IMG/VR virus record: IMGVR_UViG_3300037047_000007
Location: 1-39,786 of that record
Reading direction: 5' to 3' (one strand)
Origin: a virus
Taxonomy: Duplodnaviria; Caudoviricetes
DNA length: 39,786 nt
In this document: in pieces, positions 33,801 to 39,786 of the stretch
Layout: each line of letters begins with the position of its first letter
Numbering within the stretch: the stretch's first letter is position 1
The notes under the pieces: generated by a model
The model's input: the letters and a program-made list of their open reading frames with translations, nothing else
Database searches by the model: none
What the model was told of the DNA's origin: nothing
Program-made: the position numbers and the translations under genes

Positions 33801-35724
33801 GCATCACGCGCACCAGCACCGGCGCGCGCATGCGGCGGATCACGTCGGGGCTCACGCCATGCAGCGTGTCGCTGGCCAGCTCGTTGGCGTAGCCGGCGGT
33901 CGTGCCCTTGCTGTAGGCCTGCTGCAGGCCGGCGATGCGGCCGTTGCCGGCGATCGCGCGGATGCGCTGCACCGCCTGGTTGCCGTAGTCGGCATTGGGC
34001 GTGCCGTCTGCGCGGTTCGATGGCAGCACGTCGGCGGCCTCCACCACGGCGTACTGCACCGGGATGCGGCGGCCGTCGCTGGCCACGGCCACATCCTGGC
34101 GGCCCAGCTGCTCGGGCGCCACCTGGCCACCGGCCACCACGGGCGCGCCGTTGGCGAAGTCGCGCGAAAAGCCCAGCCGGCCATAGTCGGGGTTTCCTGC
34201 GATGCTCTGCATCTGCGCGATGCTCGACGGCGTGGCGCGATTGCGGTTCTGCAGGATGGGCGCATCCTGCGTCGGCCGGGATGCCCCAGCCCCTTCGCCC
34301 GTGGGCTGTGCAGGTTGCGTGACAGGTTCGGTAGTAGCGGCCTGAGCTTCGGCAGTAACGGGCGCCGCTCCGGTAGTAGCGGGCACCAGGTCGTCAAACG
34401 TCAGCCCATCGGCTTCCACATCGGCGGCGGCAGGTTCTGCGGGTACTCCAATGGGGGTGGCTGCATCGCTTCGCGCTGGCGCTGTCGCTTCAGCTGGCGG
34501 GGCTTGGGTTTCGGCTCGCTGGGCTGGCGGTACGTTTTGGACATTCTGGGTCTGCTCGATGGCCTGCAGGATGCGGTTGACCACCTCGGCCTCGGGCGGG
34601 GTGGTGGGTGCGGGGGCTTGTGCGGGTACCGGTGCGGGTGGCGTGGTGCGGCCAAACACTCGGCGCGCGGCCTCTTGGTAGTCGGGCAGCGTGGGCTCGG
34701 GCGGTTGCTGCTGGCCGGTCAGGCGGGTGGCCACGGCATTGGCGCCACCCATGATGCCGCTCTGGGTCAGGGTGGCCAGCAGGGTCTGGTACGCGGCGCC
34801 CGGGCGCTCGGCCAGGTAGTCGCCCCAGGTCTTGTCAGGGTTGGCCACAGCGGTGTCGATCGCGTCCTGCACGATCGTGGCCACCTGCTCGCCGGGCACC
34901 TCGCGCGCCAGGATGCCGGTCAGGAACTGGCCAGCGCCAGCGCGGCCGAACTGCTTGACCAAGAAGCCCATGGGCAGCTTCTCGGTGATGTACTCGGTGG
35001 CGGTCGATCCGGCCGCGCCGGCCAACGACTCCAGCGGCGAACCACCGCGCTGGCGGAACTTGCCGTATTCGTCGGGCAGCATGGGCGCCACCATGCCGCC
35101 CAGCGCCACATTCGGGTTGCGCGTGGCCACCGCTGCAGCCAAGGCAGGCAGCTGGCGGACGGTGCTCGACAGCCCGCTGTAGATGCCGCGCGCGGTGTCG
35201 CTTTCGAACTCGGGGGTGCTCACGGCCGTCATCAGGTCGGCCTGGCCGCGCTCCTTGCGGGACATGGCCTGCAGTCGCTCAGACCCCATGATGTCGCCGG
35301 CCATCTGGTTGATGCCGGCGCGCGCGTTCTTGCCGCCGGCCACCAGGTCGGTGATGACGCCTCTGGCCACGCTGCCGACTGTGGGCGCCGGACCGACGAT
35401 GGGGCCAACGGTGCCGAATTGCTGCTGGCGCTTGGCGGCATCGTCCAGCAGGCGGCGGACCATGCTGGCGGCGCGGAAGTTGAAGGCCTGCGGATCGGCA
35501 GGCAGGCCATCCAGCACACTGCCGGATGATCTCGGCGCCGGCCCGCCGGCCGTGTCGGCCATGAGCTGGTCGGCGGCGTCCATCCAGCCCGGGCGCTTGC
35601 CCTGGGGGATCAGGTCATCGAACTGAACCGGCTCTGTTTGCGGCTCTGCTGGAGATGCGTACTTGGTCCATGGGCCTTCTGATGCTGCTGGTTTGGTTTG
35701 GTACTTTTCCCATGGGCCAGACAT
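27829..35724 (-). CDS. 2631-aa polyvalent internal virion/ejection protein (DdrB-like ParB, ART-like, RadC/JAB x2, helical C-terminus)
   Basis: GPWxKY and FDDLxP repeats; YAVVEA...AGNGR; HNL...PSLA...FG...YFEAK; HNHPSG...SRAD; last gene of the ejection cluster. Confidence 0.85.
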   Translation of the reverse strand: MSGPWEKYQTKPAASEGPWTKYASPAEPQTEPVQFDDLIPQGKRPGWMDAADQLMADTAGGPAPRSSGSVLDGLPADPQAFNFRAASMVRRLLDDAAKRQQQFGTVGPIVGPAPTVGSVARGVITDLVAGGKNARAGINQMAGDIMGSERLQAMSRKERGQADLMTAVSTPEFESDTARGIYSGLSSTVRQLPALAAAVATRNPNVALGGMVAPMLPDEYGKFRQRGGSPLESLAGAAGSTATEYITEKLPMGFLVKQFGRAGAGQFLTGILAREVPGEQVATIVQDAIDTAVANPDKTWGDYLAERPGAAYQTLLATLTQSGIMGGANAVATRLTGQQQPPEPTLPDYQEAARRVFGRTTPPAPVPAQAPAPTTPPEAEVVNRILQAIEQTQNVQNVPPAQRAETQAPPAEATAPARSDAATPIGVPAEPAAADVEADGLTFDDLVPATTGAAPVTAEAQAATTEPVTQPAQPTGEGAGASRPTQDAPILQNRNRATPSSIAQMQSIAGNPDYGRLGFSRDFANGAPVVAGGQVAPEQLGRQDVAVASDGRRIPVQYAVVEAADVLPSNRADGTPNADYGNQAVQRIRAIAGNGRIAGLQQAYSKGTTAGYANELASDTLHGVSPDVIRRMRAPVLVRVMPTEQVTTDIGDVSNTVGNLNLSPVEQANNDAQRVNLEALQFAEDGSITPEAVRQFVRAMPQAEQGGLIDTNGQPTKQAVDRINAAVFARAYGNDQLIRLFAQAQDPEARNVMSALAQVAPKMARLEGAGALDIRDIVTQAAEIAVNARREGKPMKLAAQQLDMAADPDVAVILDLFAANPRSVKPVVEALSRAADAAYTEANKPAEDMFGEVPRAGRQDIINQLRPQDERASQETLEDPAGRGTAGQDAQGPAAEPARPAAPAEAQAGRPAEEEGLTSYTQADIEQRLERLEQAQREQAQQDREAEQRAQADAERDDFTLTGSDRAADANPNQGDIFARERGATYSDERDLIVTHNLTAENLLHAVKMGGIPVPSLAVTKKDSPLTGFGEITLIGNKALADPKGYAGTKVFGADIYSPRYPNVERDIDRKAQAALQKRIKPVADQMGESALLGSSELERNGQRTLERNLAVMGTFLREQGVEPQIVMRKGMDDARRARLERFGMAPFMDAKSAYDLQDDPAFVAAAVAEARDAYEQTGKRDAMVKKLDTDNEFQRNIARDTANAIVNDARLRAKPEADRYSTLAAMEKQIADAGMESAYQQWVQTELQALTKSERIFQGFTNSGNRKYIPHTLENVVKLLKKELRGGESFNYGVGSLRAKFTPQFKSIEQIRKAKGRLVSKADFKKVKAEIDTQFWDVARAINPDLSGDTAIAILEDAAKMGVQRAAKGYGYDVSGETAVQVAEFLTRLRELPTEYFEAKVLREVDLAEFKGAVVPEGVRPDVIEALKARGVNNIRTYKKGDDASRSAAVRSLAEEMQQAGAETVFQPNAAYNAEASRRPYTDDRQLQLFLDNGPVESQAGPRGEAAQREAVAAVDDLRSTETVLGLALSRDYAARQRVSLVGQKVSNPEDLAVLAQVYRDPRFETLRVVFVNDAGKVVSQVGLTSRLPAAAPGIMGNDLNEYLDGLMATARNQGASGYYMLHNHPSGIAKTSRADESLTRTYAARTAFGDVKFRGHVVIDTNEYSVIDSQGESTLFKKDFGQPASYEAGEWEGVSISGPADVMMVAKRLQLDDGAVTLVMTTNQFKVMGVTTIPRSAVSDDINATRRNVVRATMRQRGVRVFAVSRDMQALQQLGDLAVDSIHVESSGRVASLGERGIINAGIGRLYPEDRRARLSPDTSPEFAYLRQQSQPADARRVTEPDVEQTSPNRDALGRVKFRLGEVALGKLDAATRPLQEKFGMRMASPELRRQLRQMKATIEEAKRKAVDVAKEMGAMPEADRAMVSDIVEKMIAPGAVPPEHAVRVADAITRTMDQQTDELVALGMLSADSAERWRGRYLPRIYNRQTELADDPLIKRLFKTGTPTMAGIGGGSLKGRGLFQDVSVDAVDQWLAMGYEVRDPHWTMNQGKLELKDPNTPQVAREQVTVWRDWTPSERAQMGENRDALYRFVQGYTAMQRDIALGRLFNSIANNTEWVRRSGAEGWVQVPTSEIPDTGGVKRYGNLAGLWVRQDVMSHLTQFEEAANDTLQLYREALGLWKEGKTALNPVAHFNNVMSNVSMAHFAGVSYWDGHKYAAAVRDLVNDAPMVDEARKVGLFTGSFTKEEMVQAMPPELQQLMQMDEGRARKAGKQVMNALTFWLRKPLRDAYEFEDSFFKYLIYRDARQQGMEPAEAMDYALRYIFTYDDLPSGARKVRDFAIPFFSWTYKAAPALLHTAMVYPWRFLAPAAALHGINLVAYALAAGDEDDNWLEKIAKGRDLEREEREAMPERTAGTGMLLNPKTIRLGTDSVTGNPVFLDVSRVVPGGDMFDMVNQAGGLPLPAPLMPNHPVLSAFSAMIANREMFMGRDVTDKNDTAGEAAEKRAKWMAGFLLPAVAPGGYHSQRIADAAANAMDTVIETPLGDFTGVDRSGLPVQPKYAAMQTVGIKARPVDLELEAQRKRAQEAALINSIAAEVRSMARLYQRGAVSDRMMEQTREKAREKIERTRED

Positions 35725-35727
35725 GCG

Positions 35728-36738
35728 CTACCTCACTTTTTCCCAGCTGCTGGGTGAAGCGGGGTCGCCACCCTTGAACCGGTATCCGTTTTCGATGGCA
35801 CCGATTTTTGGCGTGGTCTGTGCGGGCGGCGGATTTTTGTTCCCAGCTGGCCGGCCTTGAGCCTCCCACTGTGCAAAGGCTGTGGCGGTCGGCTTGCGGT
35901 TGTTCTCAGTCGCCCAGCCATAGAACCGCTTGAGCGCATCCTGATCGGTGCGCATCATCGGCTTGCCAAAGGCGTCGGTGACAGGGCGACCTTTCTCGTC
36001 CAGGATGGGGATGTCCATAGACCGAATAACGGTCGAAGACAGCGCGCCCTCCGATCCTTCGGCGCCGGTGCCGGGTAGTGCGCCGGTCGTGCGCAGGCGC
36101 TCGGCCCTCTGGCGCTCGATGTCCGCCTCGGCGGCGTACTTGCTGGCATTCGCGTTCGATGCGTTCGCAGCACCACGGTCGCGCGCCACCTTGGCCCCGG
36201 ACTCGCCCTCGAACAGCTTGCGCAGCACCTGGTCGAACACCACGCCCTGGCCGGTGGCCTGGTCAATGGCTCCGCCGGTGTCGCCCACTGCCTTGAAAGG
36301 CATGTAGGTCTCGCCCGGCTTGGCCAAGGTGTTGAGCCGGTTCATCACGTCCAGGTTGCCCATGTTGGCCACGGCCTGGTCGCGGATGTCTTGCGTCTGC
36401 AGCGCAGTGCCAGCGTTGGCAAAGCGCTCCATGTTGGTGTCGCCGGTGGCCTGGAACAGCTTGAAGGCGGTTTGCAGGTTGGCCGGTAGGGTGTCGTCCA
36501 CCGGTCCGGTGCGCGCGGCATTGGTCAGGCGCAGGCCTTCGGCTTCCTGCCCCAGCTTGCCGGCTTCGGCGCCGTACTTGTCGCCGGCCATGCGCCGGTA
36601 ATACAGGTCGGCCGCGCCGCGCAAAGCCTCTTGCTCGGCCTGCTGCCGCATCTGCGGTCCCAGCACGTAGGCCTTGAAGATGTTGCCGATGCCTTGGCCA
36701 GCCGCTTGTGCGCCGCCCGCGTCCAGGGTGAATCTCAT
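35728..36738 (-). CDS. Putative internal virion/ejection protein (336 aa)
   Basis: ATG 36738; Ala/Gly-rich helical protein; C-terminal GYRFKGGDP....WEKV. Confidence 0.7.
   Translation of the reverse strand: MRFTLDAGGAQAAGQGIGNIFKAYVLGPQMRQQAEQEALRGAADLYYRRMAGDKYGAEAGKLGQEAEGLRLTNAARTGPVDDTLPANLQTAFKLFQATGDTNMERFANAGTALQTQDIRDQAVANMGNLDVMNRLNTLAKPGETYMPFKAVGDTGGAIDQATGQGVVFDQVLRKLFEGESGAKVARDRGAANASNANASKYAAEADIERQRAERLRTTGALPGTGAEGSEGALSSTVIRSMDIPILDEKGRPVTDAFGKPMMRTDQDALKRFYGWATENNRKPTATAFAQWEAQGRPAGNKNPPPAQTTPKIGAIENGYRFKGGDPASPSSWEKVR
35804..35840 (-). promoter_or_regulatory. Putative late promoter (giant protein): ACAAAAAT-CCGCCG-N17-AAAAAT
   Basis: Spacing-conserved copy in the upstream gene's 3' end, ~80-115 bp from the ATG. 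Confidence 0.6.
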
Positions 36739-36740
36739 GG

Positions 36741-37487
36741 TCACATGCCTCCGAGAATGCGCAGCCCGCCCGGCGCCTTCAGGCCGATGCCACTGCCACC
36801 GGTCATCTTCAAGCCCATGCCGCCGCTGGGTGCAAACAGGTTCATGCCTTCGCCGGCCGTGGCCTTCAGGCCCGTGCCGCTCGCCGCCGCACTGCCGCCA
36901 CCCGCCATGAGGCCGGCCGAGCCGGCCGACTGCAGCAGGGAACCCAGAAAGACCTGGCCCGGGTCCACCAGCCCAGCCTGCTGGATGGCGATGTTGTCCG
37001 CGCCCTGGCGGCCGCGCGAGAAACCAGCGAGCTGGTCCACAGCTTGGCCGGTGTCCATCAGGCGGATGCCCTCGTTCATGCGCAGGCGGCTGGCGCTGGT
37101 CGTCTTGCCCAACAGCCGGGCCAGCTGCTCGGCCTGCTTCATGGTCTCCAGGTCGGCCGCTGCCTTGGCGGTCGCGTAGTCGCCGGACACATCGCCCTGG
37201 GTGGTCTGCTGCTGCGCGCGGATCGCCTGGCTTTCGCTCACGGGCTGGATCAGCGACTGCTCGATGTCGGCCGCCAGTTGCTCCTGCTCGGCCGCGCGCT
37301 TGGGCGTTTCGTAGCCGCTGGCGGCGTCCATGGCCTTCTTCTCGGCCTGCATTTGCAGCTCGCGCTGGGCCTGCAGGCTCGCGGCGATTTCGCGGCGCTG
37401 GCGTTCTTGCGCGTCGGACGATGCCTTGTACTGAATGCCCGCCCCGGCGACTGCCGCGACGAGGGCCGCAATGGTGATAGGGTCCAT
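36741..37487 (-). CDS. Putative internal virion/ejection protein (248 aa)
   Basis: Hydrophobic N-terminus, coiled coil, Gly-rich C-terminus; AAGGAG RBS. Confidence 0.7.
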   Translation of the reverse strand: MDPITIAALVAAVAGAGIQYKASSDAQERQRREIAASLQAQRELQMQAEKKAMDAASGYETPKRAAEQEQLAADIEQSLIQPVSESQAIRAQQQTTQGDVSGDYATAKAAADLETMKQAEQLARLLGKTTSASRLRMNEGIRLMDTGQAVDQLAGFSRGRQGADNIAIQQAGLVDPGQVFLGSLLQSAGSAGLMAGGGSAAASGTGLKATAGEGMNLFAPSGGMGLKMTGGSGIGLKAPGGLRILGGM

Positions 37488-37496
37488 GACTGCTCC

Positions 37497-38114
37497 TTAA
37501 CTGCCTTGATACCGCTGGGTGGGCGAAGAAACGCCCAGCCACTGCGAGCCCTGCTGCATGCCAGACTGCCGGCCCTGGTTCTGCTGGTTCATCAGGTAGG
37601 CCTGGCTCAGGTCGTTGAACAGGCTGCCCACCGTGGAGCCGGAGCGTGCGCCTGCTGCGTTGGCCGCGTTGACCTCCAGGCCATTGAGTGCTTGCTGCGC
37701 CGCCGTGCCGGTGTCGATGCCGGACTGCGCCAGGCTGATCAGGTTCGAGCGCGTGCGCTCGTCGGCCGTCTTCAGGTCGGCAGATGCCTGGTCGGCAATG
37801 CCGCCGGCGCGCATCAGGCCTTCGTTGGTGCGGCGGTCCAGGTCGGCCACGCTGTCCACGTTGACCGATCCGCCCAACAGGCCCGTGCGGGCCAGGCCAA
37901 AGCGGTTCAGGCGCTCGGCCTCAGTCGCTTGCCGGTCCACTTCGCGCTTGTTTAGGTCGTAGACGTTTTGCCGCTGGTCCGTGTAAAGCGCATCGCGCCC
38001 GCTGTTGTTGAACGTCGCATTGATAGCCTCAGTCGCCGCCTTGATGCGCGCCTGACGCTCTTCCTCTTGTCGTCGGGCTTCTGCCCCCGGATCGCCGCCG
38101 CCGCCGCCGCCCAT
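37497..38114 (-). CDS. Putative internal virion protein (205 aa)
   Basis: MGGGGGG N-terminus, Gln/Ala-rich; directly follows the GNAT gene. Confidence 0.7.
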   Translation of the reverse strand: MGGGGGGDPGAEARRQEEERQARIKAATEAINATFNNSGRDALYTDQRQNVYDLNKREVDRQATEAERLNRFGLARTGLLGGSVNVDSVADLDRRTNEGLMRAGGIADQASADLKTADERTRSNLISLAQSGIDTGTAAQQALNGLEVNAANAAGARSGSTVGSLFNDLSQAYLMNQQNQGRQSGMQQGSQWLGVSSPTQRYQGS

Positions 38115-38115
38115 A

Positions 38116-38562
38116 TCAAACTCCTTCCATCACAAACGTGGCCCCGCATCGGCGGAAGCCCAAACGGTCATACAGACCCACGGCTGTCTCACAGCCAGAA
38201 ATCACACCGGGCCTGATCTGCTTGGCACCGGCCAGCTTGGCCCAGTGCACAAACGCCTTGATCAGGCGCACCACCAGCAGGCCGCCCCGGTGATCCGGGT
38301 GGATGAACAGCGCCAGGTCGTTGGCCACCATGTCGTTGCCGAACCAGCTCTGCGTCACCATGCCGGCCATGCCGCCGATCAGTTCACCGTTTGTACCCTC
38401 GGCCACCACCACGAACTGACTTTTGTCGATCAGGTCGCCAAGGGTTTCCTTCACGCGGTCCACGTTGAAGTCCATGCCCGCGAACGTGCTTTCGTCGTGC
38501 ATGAGGCGGCCCAGCACCACGATGTCGGGCAGGTCGTCCACAGTGGCCAGGCGCAGCTTCAT
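38116..38562 (-). CDS. GNAT-family acetyltransferase
   Basis: LRLATVDD, LFIHPDHRGG (motif A), LYDRLGF (motif B). Confidence 0.88.
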   Translation of the reverse strand: MKLRLATVDDLPDIVVLGRLMHDESTFAGMDFNVDRVKETLGDLIDKSQFVVVAEGTNGELIGGMAGMVTQSWFGNDMVANDLALFIHPDHRGGLLVVRLIKAFVHWAKLAGAKQIRPGVISGCETAVGLYDRLGFRRCGATFVMEGV

Positions 38563-39786
38563 GCAATGGCCCCCAGCACGTCGTAGTAGACCGTCACGCC
38601 ATCCAGTCGAAACGGCTTGTTGTCGTAGTTGCGAAAGCGCAGCGAGAACTCAGTGCCGCAGCACTCCACCGAAATCATGCCGCCCGGCCGGGTGTTGCCC
38701 TTCACCTTCACCTCCGGGGTGAAGGCGTCCGGGTCGCGCACGTCGTAGCCCACCGAGACAAAGCACCGGCCTTCGATCACCACGTCGATGCCGTAGATGC
38801 GCTTGAGCTCGCCCGATGTCTTGAAGTCCATGTAGGGCAGCTGGATCAGCACCTCGTACTGGGTTCCGTCGTCGGTGCTCACCGCCGCGTCCAGCTTGAA
38901 GACCGAATCGCCGCTGCGGATGTACAGCTCCTGACCCAGCTCCGCGAAGGCGTCCACCGTCGTGCTCAGGAAATACTGGCTCCAAGCGGCGATCTTGGAC
39001 GTGCGGCTGATCGAGTACACAAACAGCCGGTTGCCGATCGCGCACACGTACTGGCCGGTGCCGTAGAAGTAGAAGCTCTTGGGGTTGACGCCGGCCACCT
39101 TGGTTTCAGGGCGCACCAGCGCATCGATGGGAGAGCCCACATCCACATCGGCCAAGTTGTTGGTGTACTGCAGCGTGGTGATGGACCGAAAGCCGTAGTC
39201 GCTCAGGAAGTACAGGTCGCCGGCCACGTTGGCCACCGTGCGCGGGAAGCTGGTCCCCACGTTCTCCACGATGGTCTCCAGCTTCATGTTGGTGGGGTCC
39301 GGGTCCACGGTCCACACCTGGGCGCCGTCGCGCGTGAGCGCCACCAGCTTGCCCTGGTAGATGCCCAGCGCGTTGGTGGAGCGGTCCCCGCGACTGTTCA
39401 GGCCCGTGGGCAGGAAGCCGGCATCGTTGGCCGTCGTCCAGTCGCGCGGGTCGCCGGTCTTGGAGTAGCGCACCACGTCGCCGGCGCCAGCGCCCACCGC
39501 AAAGACCTTGCTGGCGATCTTGATGCAGGCCCGGGTGTCCGGGCAGTTGGCGTCCGCAATGTGCGTGGTCGCGCTGCCGTCCAGGTAGTGGTGCTCAATC
39601 TGCCCGCCGGCGTACTGCACGGCCGCGTAGATGAAGCCGTTGAACACGTCGGCAAAGGGCACATCGGCCACCGCCTGGGCGCCGCCGGAAAACTCCACCT
39701 TGTTGGCCTGGAACAGCGGGTTCGCGTGCGTCAGCGTGCCGTCGCCGTAGAACGTGTGCAGCTTGCCGAAGGCGGCAAACAGGCCC
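38559..39786 (-). CDS. 3' part of tail tubular protein B/nozzle-like gene (starts at 300 across the junction)
   Basis: Beta-rich (LYFLSDYG, IAAWS), propeller-like; open to the window end; position before GNAT and ejection genes. Confidence 0.75.
   Translation of the reverse strand, partial: GLFAAFGKLHTFYGDGTLTHANPLFQANKVEFSGGAQAVADVPFADVFNGFIYAAVQYAGGQIEHHYLDGSATTHIADANCPDTRACIKIASKVFAVGAGAGDVVRYSKTGDPRDWTTANDAGFLPTGLNSRGDRSTNALGIYQGKLVALTRDGAQVWTVDPDPTNMKLETIVENVGTSFPRTVANVAGDLYFLSDYGFRSITTLQYTNNLADVDVGSPIDALVRPETKVAGVNPKSFYFYGTGQYVCAIGNRLFVYSISRTSKIAAWSQYFLSTTVDAFAELGQELYIRSGDSVFKLDAAVSTDDGTQYEVLIQLPYMDFKTSGELKRIYGIDVVIEGRCFVSVGYDVRDPDAFTPEVKVKGNTRPGGMISVECCGTEFSLRFRNYDNKPFRLDGVTVYYDVLGAIA
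39660..39786. repeat. 127-bp terminal direct repeat, copy 2
   Basis: Identical to 1-127. Confidence 0.95.

Overview
The window is an apparently complete ~39.66-kb circular genome of a GC-rich temperate podovirus-like phage. Bases 1-127 repeat exactly at 39660-39786, and one gene reads through the junction. The host is probably a Burkholderiales/Comamonadaceae bacterium (inference). Layout: a lambdoid cI/cro switch with five palindromic operators; a rightward early operon (Erf, PD-(D/E)xK nuclease, SSB, DUF2303, PrtN-like) ending at an intact attP and a tyrosine integrase of the dusA-targeting type; and a leftward replication/nin region followed by terminase, portal, scaffold, capsid, tailspike, collagen fibres, tail tube, GNAT, ejection proteins, a 2631-aa polyvalent protein and GH108/holin lysis genes. 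Main observations beyond routine annotation: (1) a repeated non-canonical promoter-like element, ACAAAWRT-CCG(C/G)CG-N17-WAnAAW, ahead of five late modules, with no Q gene but a small Zn-ribbon candidate activator; (2) integron attC-like sites delimiting small accessory genes next to attP, with no IntI; (3) a ~270-nt structured capsid leader with three UCGC-loop hairpins, plus three other structured intergenic elements; (4) a phage-supplied replacement 5' end for host dusA; (5) ParB-like, ART-like and tandem RadC/JAB domains in the giant protein. All family calls are from motif recognition by eye; no database searches or folding programs were run.
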